Shown here: piece by piece, positions 25,836 through 37,890 of the stretch | Numbering within the stretch: the first letter of the stretch is position 1 | How the letters are laid out: every line of letters begins with the position of its first letter | Assembly (NCBI RefSeq): GCF_006345805.1 | Contig: NC_043000.1 | Span: 125,488,001 to 125,552,000 of the forward strand | Direction of reading: 5' to 3' | DNA length: 64,000 nt | From: Octopus sinensis | Taxonomy: Eukaryota | Notes under the pieces: model-generated | What the model saw: the letters and a program-made list of their open reading frames with translations, nothing else | Told to the model about the DNA's origin: nothing | The model's database searches: none | Translations under genes and position numbers: made by a program

Positions 25836-27059
25836 ATGCTTCCAAGATGTTCCTGAAATTGTTTCTTAATATATACACCACCCTGTGCAATTGAGTAAAA
25901 TAGAGCAATCAGTTTTTGGAGGTTAATCTCCATGTCCCACCATTGTAGCAGTTTTGCTTAACGGAAAGATCAATCATATTGTACTTGGAAGCAGCTGAGC
26001 TTGGTGGCTGTGTAGCAATTGGTGATTATATATTGATTTAATTAAAGGATTTTATAATACTCTCAATATACAAAAAGAGATTAATGCAATTTTTCGCTTA
26101 AAACTAAGATTAAAATATATATTTTTTTTGTCAATAAGAACATTCCTATAACTGCTTAAATATGTGTGTATATGTTCTAAATGTTACATTGCCATTGATA
26201 GATAATAAATTTTTTAAAAATTCCTTTTAGGCAATAAATGTGAAGTATTTTAATATAAAAGAAGAAAAAATTTCTTATACATACTAACTTTTAGCTATCA
26301 AATAATATCCTTAATTTATCTACTGGTAAGCAATTTTTCACATTTGCAAGTTTTATGAAAGGATTTTAAGAAGAATCTGCTGACAATTTCTATGACTTAA
26401 ATTTTTCATAAATTTCAGAATTATGCAATATGGAATGAAAGTAAATCTTGCATTGGTTACTTGAATTTTAATTTTCCCTTTCATTAAAGATTGTGTGAAA
26501 TGAAAAGGCGTATTTTTTCCTTCTTATTTTCAATTCAGATCACATTTTCAACCACTTCTCTGTGTTTGATTTGCCTTGTGGTTCTTCTTATTTCAAATGG
26601 AACTTTATCTCTGATGGTAGCCAATTAAGCTGAATTATATTTTAACATATTACATGAGTAGCATATTGCTAATACAGTCTTGTAATGTGATATTTCTTTA
26701 AACACGGATCTCTGTATACAATATTATATCTTTAAACACAGATAATGTTTAGAAAATGCTATTTATTTTATAACGTGTTTATTACTTTCATGAAAGTGGA
26801 AAGCAATATTTTGATTTCTCTTTTCCTTAGATTTATTCATTAGTTTCTAACTCTTTTTCTTTTTGACTAACCATACTAAGGCCCCTCCAGTCATTTATAT
26901 TGAGCCCCACTTTTTGTCTGGTGCTTATTCTGCCCAAATTGATTTGAAGTCAGAATGTAAAGGGACATAATCAAATACTAAGTACTTTGTTCGTATACCC
27001 TACACATTTTATCCATTCAATGTGGCTAAAATAAGAAAAATAAGGCAGGTACTGTCTCA

Positions 27060-27300
27060 AGTCTCAGGAGTCAGAAGGTGTGTCACCTGGTTTCTATGAT
27101 GCATGAGTGACAAAAATGACAACATTCCCCTTAAACAGGGCAACATTCTGTTGCAGGGATACTCATTTATAGCTGAGTGGGCAAGAGAAGCATTAAATAA
27201 AGTGTATTGCCCAAGAACACAATGCACCACTCAGCCCAGGAATTGAAACCATTATCTTACAATTGCAAGATAAGTCCAGTACTAGGCTGTGTACCTTCAC
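27060..27300 (-). mobile_element. Degenerate SINE family D
   Basis: Reverse complement resembles 17778-18020 and 43660-43922. Confidence 0.55.
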
Positions 27301-27424
27301 TAGAATAAGAACGATGTTGGAAAAGTTCAGGGAGCTATTATCTCTGTTACTAAGAAAGGGATTGTCTTTTTGAGAAAAGAGTAGATTGTATGATGCTTAT
27401 CAGTAAAGTACAGTGATGCATATC

Positions 27425-27647
27425 TATTTCTTTATTGCGCACAGGGGGCTAAACATAGAGAGGACAAACAAGGACATACAAAGGGATTAAGTCAATTACA
27501 TTGACCCCAGTGCATAACTGGTACTTATTCAATCAACCCCAAAAGGATGAAAGGCAAATTCGACCCCGGCGGAATTTGAACTCAGAACATAACAGCAGAT
27601 GAAATACCACTAAGCATTTCGCCTGGTGTGCTAATGTTTCTACCAGT
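27425..27647 (-). mobile_element. SINE family B
   Basis: Reverse complement of 58593-58827. Confidence 0.85.
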
Positions 27648-27816
27648 GCGATATGGGTGTTGAATGCAGAGAACGTGTAAAGGATAGAAAAGAAGAATGA
27701 AATGAGCATGCTTTGCTGGATGTGTGATGTTAGTGTGCGTGAATGGTGAACCACAGATAAGTTGAGAGGAGAAACTGGGTGTAAGCAGAGTCAGATGGAG
27801 TGTGTAAGAGAGAAGT
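27648..27816 (+). mobile_element. RTE LINE fragment
   Basis: Reads W.LNAENV*RIE..NEMSMLCWMCDVSVRE...KLGV, like RTE post-RT LERNEMSMLRWMC.VS. Confidence 0.65.
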
Positions 27817-30800
27817 ATCACAGTTTACTAAAATGAGAGAAGTCCTCAAGTAAGCTGGTGCAAGAAGAAATAACTATATATCTTGAAAAATTCATTGCAA
27901 TGTCTGTTAGTTATAGCAGGCTTTTGACCCATGGCAGTATTTACTCACATGATAATTGGACATCATAGTGGATGCCTCAATATTCATTAGTTCTGTTCCA
28001 AGGTGAAACTGTAAAAGTTATATTGAATTATGTATGATATGATTTTGTATACAAAAGCTGAGACCTATTATTAAGATAAAGTAAAGTGAGTTTTATGGAA
28101 ACTTAAAGTGTCATATAGAATTATATCAGCTGTAAAGGAGATTTTTTAAATTCTGTATGGTTCTTAAATTTTCTGAAAATCTCTTCAGACTAGAGACGGA
28201 ATAAGTAGGCTTCAAAGCTAGAAAACTGTTGCTAATGTATTAGTGTAATTTAGAAGTGTAATGTAATAGATTTTTTTTTTCACTTTTTATGAATATAATT
28301 TTTAATCTTTAATCAAATAAGCAAACAGGGAAAAATAGCTTGGTCATAAGTGAAAAAAAAAAACAAGTGCTTAATTTTATTAGATAAACAGTTCAAGAAA
28401 AACACTTCTGTCAGTATGACAATCACTTGACAATCTTTCTGGATTAGCTTCTCTAAATATATCATGCTCCAACTAAATTTCTACTAAATTTTGATGACGT
28501 TTTTAAAACAGCTATTCATTTTGTAGCAAAGATAACTCTGAAATGGCTTGAAAAAAGAATGTAGTTACACAGCAATTTTGTCTTATTTTTTCTGAAATTG
28601 ATTTAGATAGATATAGGTGTTCTCCAGCTTATCATTTAAAAATATAACTAATGTTTGGTTATCACCTGAAATAGGATGTCTAGTTTTCACTAGTCATCTT
28701 ATTTGTTAGTGATAAGCTGAGAATATCACTTCAGCATAATACTACCTTCAGTCTGTCACAAGCCTGCTAATTTATTAGGTTTGACTTTGTTTCAGTTTCT
28801 ATAGGGTAAAAATGATTCAGAGTACTACATTCCGTCTTGAACCAGACACAAGTTTATCACAGAGTTTACCCTCTGATGTAACCGGTTCCCATTTTTTTTA
28901 GCTGAGTGAACTGCAGCAAAGGGAAATAAAGTCTTTTTCTCAAGTACACAATACATCACCCTGTTTGGGAATCAAAATCCCGACCTTAAAATCACGTGTC
29001 CTACACCCTACCTCTCAGGCCACACACCTTGTTAACTTTGTATGTTTACATCTGAAATGAGATTTTCCACTGTAAAAAAATTTTGTTCCTCACAGAGAGA
29101 TCTACAAAAATTAAAAACAAAACAAAATATATAATATTTGGGCTGAACACGGTTGGTTTAACTGCTATAGGGTTAAAGAATGGCCAGGGTTGATTTGGGA
29201 ATCAGCACTTTCCTAATTTTGTCTTCAGATTCTGGCAGAACAGAGGCAGAGGAAATGGTAAAAAAAAAAGGGTAAAAAAAAAAATAGACTGCAATTTGTG
29301 AATCCAAATTCAAGTGGCAGAACCATAGATAGACTTGTAAAAGTAGCATTGTTTTAGAAAGTTGTTTCCAGTTATATGAAAAATATTTTCAATCTTTATT
29401 ATTTTTTGTTATCTATTTGCCGGTGTTTGTTGCCAGGCACATGTCAAATTGTAACGAACATTTGAATGGGTTAAAAGTTAGCTCATTTATTTAATTTATT
29501 ATTCTAAAGGTTCATTAGCTGAGATCACTGAGAGTAGTTTATATCAATTCAGTTAATTAATTTTGAACAGCAATGATATTTAACTGTATACAAGAATTTA
29601 GAAATGTATACAAATCTGTCAATTTAATTTTTGATAAACTAGTTAAAATGGCAAATTTATTAAGAGGTTGTCGGCAAATTTTGTAATAACTTGAACTTTT
29701 ATTCCCATGCCATTTACATCTAGAATGTTTTCTAGGAATATGATTCAAATCTATTTCTAGACTGGTTCTTTTATTTTATGAACCCCAGGAGAATGAAAAG
29801 CAAGGTCAAGCGTAGCAGAGTTTATTATCCATTTTTCTCAAGATCCTTTTCTTCAGTGTCAAGCTGTACAAAGAAAAGTCAAATAGCTGAAGGCTTTTAT
29901 GCATATGTAAGAAAAGTGTAATATTTAATGCCTTTTCTCATCTGTTGGATCTGTTGATTACAAAATGTGGACAGGAAATAAGAGTACTCTCCCTCCTTTC
30001 TTAAAGGCAATGGTTACATTTTATATAAATGTCCTCAAAGATATATTTTCTTTTACAAGTACATTGCTCATTAAGAAAAAAAAGAAGAAAAAAAAAACAA
30101 GAAAATTAACAAATGTTTTTCAACACCTTGGAAGTAAAAGAGCTGTTTTTTGATAGTTATGATAATTATTTGGAGGAACAAAAATCCACAATGGAAATAT
30201 TAAAATTAATCCTAGAGTATGAATAAATTTAAGAATACACAATCCATTGAATTGATTTACAGCCTTTAGAATTAAGATCAATTACATTTTACACTTGATT
30301 CCATTAGTATTCAATTTCTGGTTGAATTTCTTTACAAGGATATGTTGAAGGTTCATCTTTTATTAAGAGGAATACTTGAGAACTTCTTAGATCTACTCAA
30401 AGCTTGGATGCATCCCCCACGAGAGTATTTTCAGTTTTCTTTTTTCCTTTTCTTCTTTTTTTATTGTTGTTCTTTGTTTTGTTTTTCCTCTTCTCTGCAA
30501 ACGAGTATCTGCTGCTAATTTCTATAATTAAGTTTCTTTTTCTGCAGTGTTCTAAGTTAGTTATAAAGAAACTTTTTTTTTTTCATATTCTTTCCATTCT
30601 GATTATTGAAATTGTTAAATAAATCTTGAGGATTGGCTAATAATTGCCTTTTTTGTGCAGAAAATCATTAAATATTAAATTTTTTCTATAGTTTAAACTT
30701 TATGTTGAGAATTAAAAAAAGGCAGAAAATTTAATTGGTGTAAATTTATAATTCTAAGAATGATATTTCTGTATCATAATTAAATAAAAACAAGTACATT

Positions 30801-31949
30801 GTTTATAGAATATTGAAATATTTTTTTCAGCATCTCATGTATTTTATGTGTAATTAAAAAATTAGTAATTATCATGCTGTTGCAATATTTGATAGATGAA
30901 TATCTTACATGTTAGTTTCTCTAAAATTAAAGCTAGTTAATTCAATTAAAAATCATAAAAGCTATTTGTGAGCTATGATTTTTTGAGGTTTCATGCCTTG
31001 ATAAGGGGCCACTTCAGTCAGCTATAACTTTACTTTGCAAATTTATAATCTTGAAGTAATTTAGGTAACCATTGTTATTTTTAAAAATCTGGCATGCATT
31101 TACTTTAGCAAATAAAATAAGCTTTACATGACTTTTTGAAGAAAATAAGAGTAACTATAATTGGGGCAAAATGTTGTATGAATATAGAAATAAAAAGGGC
31201 TCTTGGTGTATTCCCTAAACAAAGACCATTTTATTTCTAAGGACTGAAGAAGCATCAACAAGCTTTTGAGCCCATGTAATAACAAAATGATATAAAAATA
31301 GCTAAGTGTCTGAGATGGGTTCTTGTTAAGAAAATAATAGTTTTCCAGATTATTAACTCTTTTGAAGTGAATTTTTAAAAGAAAATATTTACATCCACAA
31401 GTGATAGTTACATAATAAATGAGAACATTATTATTCTTGAATTAGAAAGAAAGGTTCCCAGTTAAATCTAGTCTGTAAGCAAATTTCAGTTATACAAGTG
31501 GTATTGTTTGGTTTTAGTCTTCTGTTAAAACAAATGGACTACGAGAAAATATTGCTTTGCTTGGAAACAGGTGAGGAATGGTGACAGAAAGAGCATCTAG
31601 CCAAACAGGATCTTTTTTTAAAAAAATTAATTTAACACCTGCAAGCATAGCAAAAGACAATAAAATGCTGCTGATAAAGAATTAAATTATACCAAAACGT
31701 TTGCCAATATGAAGTCAAAGTTGACATTAGAATCAACACTTGGTTCTAATATCTTTTGCTGAAAATATTCAGACTAATGATCTCTTTGAATCTCTGGTTA
31801 GACAAGGGCATTTGTGAAATAGCAATACATATTTGTTTATAAAGAAATGATTTTTTAAAAAATTAAATGGAATTAAATAGATTTTATATGTTATGTTTGA
31901 ATTGAAATTGTTTCCATGTTGATATATTTAAATGAGACTAAATTGTTTC

Positions 31950-31991
31950 CTCACCGCATTTTTCTCAATGTTTTTTTTATTCCAGGTGAGT
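31950..31991 (+). other. Candidate recursive splice site, CAG|GTGAGT
   Basis: Branch-like ctcac/ctcaat, long pyrimidine tract, CAG at 31983-31985 directly followed by consensus donor GTGAGT. Confidence 0.35.
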
Positions 31992-33229
31992 TAATGGTTG
32001 TTCAGGTGTTAATTTGTGATGAGTTTTTCTTTGTTAATAACTGGCTTTCCCACTGAATTCTCGTATGGTAATGTATGGAAAACTTCACATTTTTTTTATC
32101 GGAATTGCAGAAGCAGTTTATATATGGAAATCTTTTTTATCCTATAAATATTTATTATCTTGTAAAATTGGTTTTCTCCTTATTGTAACATTTATTTATA
32201 CACAATTTCTACCTACCACTTTGGTCATAATCTTCATTTTCAAGTGTAACCAATTTTGTTGAAAATAATTTATAATGGAATATCAAATTTGTCTGAGGAA
32301 ATTTTAGAACAAAACATCAATGAACTTGAAATAAGTGATTTTGAGACAATTGGATAATATAATTTTTTTCATTATTTAGCCATATTATATATAAACCCTG
32401 TGTAATATCCAAGACAGTAAGGCAGTCCTGTATGTATTGTTAGAAATTAGTTCTAGATTGAAGGAAGAGAATAATTATTTGACAACATTTAAGAAAAATA
32501 TAATATGAACAGTTGGTGTCTTTTCATTAAAATAATTGTATAATTAATAAAGTTTTGGTGCTTTTGAAAGGCAGTGACATTGGATTTTAGGAATTAAAGA
32601 GAAAGTAATTAATAAATGATATTAAATCTGTTGAGCCCCCCTTCCTTAGAGGCAGAGCTGAACGACAGGCTTACTAATAGAACCATGTAGCTATTACTTG
32701 ACAAGCTCTGTGGATTATACTACAACGTGCCTTTCATTTCAGCTTCTCAAATTAGGTATTATAATTTTTCTGTGGTATTTTCTCTCTATTATTTTCATCT
32801 CCACAAGTTAATTATTTATCAGTCACTTACTACTGACAGTCTTGTACTTCAAATAACTGTAGGAGTCTTGAATCACACACAACCAGAATTCAATTAACAT
32901 TGTTTGGGGTTATAAAACAGGAACTCAGCACTCTTCTGTGAGAGAAATAAAGTTTAGCATCATCATTGAAAAACCTTTCTGTCAAAAGACTTCCTGTTTG
33001 TGCTGTTTATTCAATGAATTTTTTGGATTATTTTCCCCTTTTGATTTCCAAGCTTCATGGTGAGTGAGAAAGAGAGCTTAGACTTGGAGAAAATAATCAG
33101 AAAAATATTTCAGGGTAGCTGTACACCCCAGTGATCATAGTGATATCAAGATTTATCAATTATGAGCAAAAAGGGTTTGATCACACTGTTGATCAATGCA
33201 TTGACACTTTCTTTTGGTGATGTAGGCCC

Positions 33230-33490
33230 CCCACAAAAGCTTTGAACTTAGATGTAAAGCCTGTTGAGTATTTTCTTTTACTTTTCCTGAAGAAATTTTT
33301 TTATCAGGATGAGTGATGAGACCACAAGATATATGTGTCAACAGAACAACATCACCTTAATTCCATCAATAGAGGAGATGAAAGAATATCTTGGAATGCT
33401 TTTTATAATGGGAGTTGTGTAATTTCTTAGTTACAGAGACTGCTGGGACACAAATTCAGTTCTGAGAAAATCAATACCCAGGAATCTACA
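33230..33490 (+). mobile_element. piggyBac transposase relic, N-terminal part
   Basis: Reads PVEYFLYFS*..FIRMSDET... and SIEEMKEYLGMLFIMGVV*FLSYRDCWDT, like piggyBac EExKxFLGxLxxMGxxxLPSYRDYW. Confidence 0.7.
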
Positions 33491-33627
33491 TCTTGTAGAT
33501 ATATGTGAACACACCTATGTGTAATCAATCTACCTCTATTCAACCTACCAAGGCAGGTGAAAGTGACATGATAACAAGTAAAGAAACCCAACAAGTAGAA
33601 ACCACATTCCCATCATCATGTCATATG

Positions 33628-33935
33628 TGAAGGCATGTGGCTTAGTGGTTAAGGTATTTGGCTCAAGATTGTAAGGTTGTGAGTTCAATTTCCAGCAGTG
33701 CATTGTATCTTTTAGCAAGACACTTTATTTCGCATTGCTCGGGTCTGCTCAGCTGGCGAAAATAAGTAGTACTTGTATTTCAAATAGCCAGCCTCGTCAC
33801 ATTTTGTTTCATGCTGAATCTCCCTGACTACTATGTCTGTACTCTATTCAGCTGCTTGCTTGTTAATTTCACGAGCAGGCTGTTCCATTGATCAGATGAA
33901 CTGGAAAGCCCCTTGTTGTAACCGATCAAGTGCCA
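33628..33935 (+). mobile_element. tRNA-derived SINE family C
   Basis: Colinear with 55066-55393; A box gtggcttagtggtta, B box gagttcaatttcc. Confidence 0.85.
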
Positions 33936-34041
33936 GTTTATCTGTTTATCTGCAAGTTTTATCCAAATTCTTGTTGTAGTGATATTTCTATGATTTTGTA
34001 CTAAGTTGACTGCATTTCATGAAAACCTCTAGTTTCTAACA

Positions 34042-34095
34042 GTTTTGATAAGTCTATTTAAAGAATCTGTTTTGATAAGTGTATATAAAGAATCT
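34042..34095. repeat. 27-bp tandem duplication
   Basis: gttttgataagt(c/g)tat(t/a)taaagaatct occurs twice. Confidence 0.9.
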
Positions 34096-35194
34096 GAGGC
34101 GATCTACAAGAATTTAAGAGTTAATGTCCAATATAGTGAAGTGTCCTAGTAGTGTGATATTTTGTTGTACCTTTAGCAGGATCTATATGATTTTATTTTT
34201 CCTTCTTAAATAAAAAGTATTCTGCTTCTGTTTTGTATATATAACTTGTTTTAGATTATATGAAGTATAACAAAAGTTCCCTTTTAAATGCTATATATAT
34301 AATGAAAACAAAAAAAATGAGCAGTGATATGCTGAGTAAGTTTGAAGTGTTTCATTGATCTGGAACAGATATGGCAAGATTTTATTAGATTTTTGTCTTC
34401 AGTAATGTCATTATATATTTTCAGTTTATCTACATAAATTTGTAAAATTAAATTAGTGCTTATGAGGTTTCAGTGATAGATGACTGACCACATAGTAAAG
34501 ACTTAGTCTTTGCTATTTATGCTGTTTTGTAACCCCCACACTGCTTAGCTTGGTTTGTTCTGTTTGAAAAATTAGGTGCCATTCTCTCATTTGAGTTGTC
34601 TGGGAGAGGAATAAAAAGAAGCAAAGAATCAACACTAAAATTTTTGTTTCAATAACATGTAAATTTTCTACAAAAAAAAAAAAAACAACCCCAAAAAACC
34701 TCCGAATCAGTAAAAGTATGGAAACGATTTTTTAAAAGCAGTGAAAAGCAAAACTTACATGAACAGAGAGAAATATTTTCTATCAGTTCAAATATGAAGG
34801 CTGAATGTCTTTTTACAAATCCATTTGACAGAGCTACTCATATTTTTATTTGGTATCATTAAAAGTATAAATAACACAGTAATATTAATATTATAAAAAT
34901 GTAAACAAAATTCTATTATTTCCTTATCTGTATTTCTGAGATATTTATTACTATGATAGTAAATTGACTAATCTATTAAAATTGAAGTTTTAGTCTTTAT
35001 CTTCTGTTAGTTCAATCATGTATTTCATTTTTTATTATATATATATGTATATATTTAGTTTTGAAAAAATTTGAACAATAACATGACTATATTTCCTGAA
35101 ATATAGACTGCTCATTTTAATAAATTAACAGAAAAGAGAAAAAAAAAAAAAAACAACTTTAGTTGGATTTTATAAAATAGCGTTTTATCTGTTG

Positions 35195-35197
<3 letters not shown>

Positions 35198-35247
<50 letters not shown>
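35198..35247. repeat. (TA)n microsatellite
   Basis: Directly visible. Confidence 0.98.
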
Positions 35248-35250
<3 letters not shown>

Positions 35251-37633
35251 CTAGTATCTGGAATTGATTTAATGAAAGGTTCTTATATAAAATTATGAAT
35301 GGAGAGGGGTTCTAATTTGCATGTGGGTACTTTAAATGTATTTTGTCATAGAATCTGAGGTGATCTAAGGCAGATTAGTATCAAAAGAGTTTCATAAATG
35401 CATAATATATATTTGTTTACCTGGATGTTAATCTGTATTGCTTGATACTCTCCTATATACATGTGTAATACATTTCATTGACTTAATGAAGTTGAATCCA
35501 TGTGATATCCTTAACCCTGCAGTACTGTTAGAATAGGGCGTGGGTTGGGGCATACAAAAAATATCCATGTTAAAATAGATATGGAAACTGCATGTTATAG
35601 AATTGTGTGTAGAAAATGAATTATAACTGTTTCAAAATTTGAGTGAAAAAAAAAATCCTTAAAATATTTGAATATTTTACTTCATTGTTACATTTATTGC
35701 TAATGAATATGAATGTAAGCTGCTTTTTTTCATGTAGTTAGTGAAATATGCTTTCCATTCATTCAGCTTACTGCTTTGTTTACATTGTTCAGTCACTTTG
35801 CTTCTAATGCGTCTTTATATAGTTGTTGCTTATTACCTTGCTTCTTTTAAATCTTGTTTTGTATTTTTACAAATGGACAGAATACCCAGGTTTTTTTTTA
35901 AAACCCATATATTCATTTTAATTTATCTCTGACATGAGTAGTCCATTGCTGATTTGATATTATATATTTTTCCCCACAAGTATTTTCTTTCTGCTCATAG
36001 TCAATCAGCTAAATGTTTTTATTTAGTATTGGAATAATCTTAAAAGAAAAAAAAAAAGTATTGTTTAATGGTAATTGTATTGATTTTTAATATGTTGTTT
36101 TATTTCTTTATTAAGAAGCTTTAATGTTCTCTATATATTTCTGCATAAAGTAATTAAAATACAATATAAAACTGAATAAACAATATGTGCAGTTTTGTAC
36201 ATGAAAAAGATTAATAATCTCTTAAAATCTGTCCATTTGTTATTGCTGAAACTTGCTTAACTGCTATACATGTAAAAGAAGGCATTTTTCATTTGAAGCA
36301 AATATATTTTGTTGATCACGAACCATATCAATGTCTGTATAAAAGAACTGATGGCTTTCAGCTTTTAAGCAGGAAAAAAAAAATCCGTTCCCAGTTTGAA
36401 GCCAAAATTGATTTTCTTTTATATTAGTTTAGTTTAATGAAAGTGATTTCTAACTTTGGTTTACTCATTAGTTCTGAAATACCCTGGGGCCTCTGTGAAA
36501 TTATATACATTTAGTTTACTTGTTCAGTGGTAGTATTACATAAAAATCTTCAGTAATTTTTTTGTCTGAAAACAGATAGTTCATCATTTTAAATATTGAA
36601 GTATTGAATTGCCAAACAATTAACTACTTTCTAATTTTGCTTGATGACTGCTTCATCTTTCATTATTTTAAAAAACTTTTTCTTCCAACTATGCACAAGC
36701 ACAACATTTTCCAAAAAAGAATATAGTAGATTGCATCAGCTTATGTATATTATGACCATGATATTTCATTTTCGATCACAGAATAGTGAAAATTACTGAA
36801 ACTGTATACATTAAAATATCCATGTGTGTTAGTTACCTTCAAATTATTTTATTTTAAAATATTGTCTTTTATCTAAGCTCAAAGCTATAAACCATGTTGG
36901 GGGAAAATTGAGTTGTGATGTTTGATTTCTGCAAATATTGGCACAACCAAAGTGCAAATAACTTCAGCTAGGAGTCAGAATTGGGATATGAACTTGACTC
37001 AGTAGAACTTCCTCTATGGTGCCTGTCATATTAAAAGAACAAGTAATTGGAGAGTGGGAAAATATGTTACCATATTAATTTCAATGTTTTATATTGGAAA
37101 AATACTGCTGGCTGTTGATTTTTGTCTTTGAGTTTCCTGTGATAATCTATGAATAGTGTGTACCTACATTAATTATCAATTTTAGCTGTAATGAGCTGAT
37201 TGTTGATGAACAACAATTGATTAATTTGGGACTATACATGCTGGAATAACTTGAACTTTTTTTTTTTTATACTAATTATATTTAATTGATTTCTGACCTA
37301 GGCACAAGGCCACAAATTTTTGGGGAAAGAAACCATTGATTATATCAAACTTTGATGAAAAGCCAAGTGCACCTCAGCAGTAATCAAATGCAGAAAGTAA
37401 AGTGTCACAAATACGAGACATTTTGTCTGTGCCTCTGCCAGTTTTGCCTTATTATTAAACTGATCTGTTAAGTCACTATGAACAGAAATAAATAAATAAA
37501 TATGTTGAAGTTGAATACATTAAAAATTTATTTTTGCACTATTACTGAAAATCAAACAAATGGTTTGACTTGAGGAAAAATAACACACCTTCATATATAA
37601 ATTTACAATGAGTGAATCAACTTAACCTTTTGT

Positions 37634-37890
37634 GTAATAGAATATGATATTAACAGGAAGTTACAAGGCATCAAGCCATTTATTATATATTTATACAGAA
37701 GAGAGTTCAGAAATATATAAATACTGTAGAAAACCAAGAGAATCCAGAGAGTGAAAGTTCCTGTTGATTCACTCTTGTGGGGTTTTTTATATGCTGTATT
37801 TATATATTTCTTTACCCCCTTTTGTTTGTATAAATATATTATAAATGACTTGATGCTTTGTAACTGCCTATTCATATCTTATCCTATTAT
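37634..37890. repeat. ~257-nt imperfect fold-back palindrome, possibly an old MITE
   Basis: gttacaaggcatcaagccatttattatatatttataca pairs with tgtataaatatattataaatgacttgatgctttgtaac (3 differences in 38); further paired blocks inside and outside; TTAA at 37622 and 37903. Confidence 0.85.

Noticed and set aside
26539-26616. 78-nt open segment after a good acceptor
   Set aside because: Donor gtagcc is weak and the peptide is not recognised.
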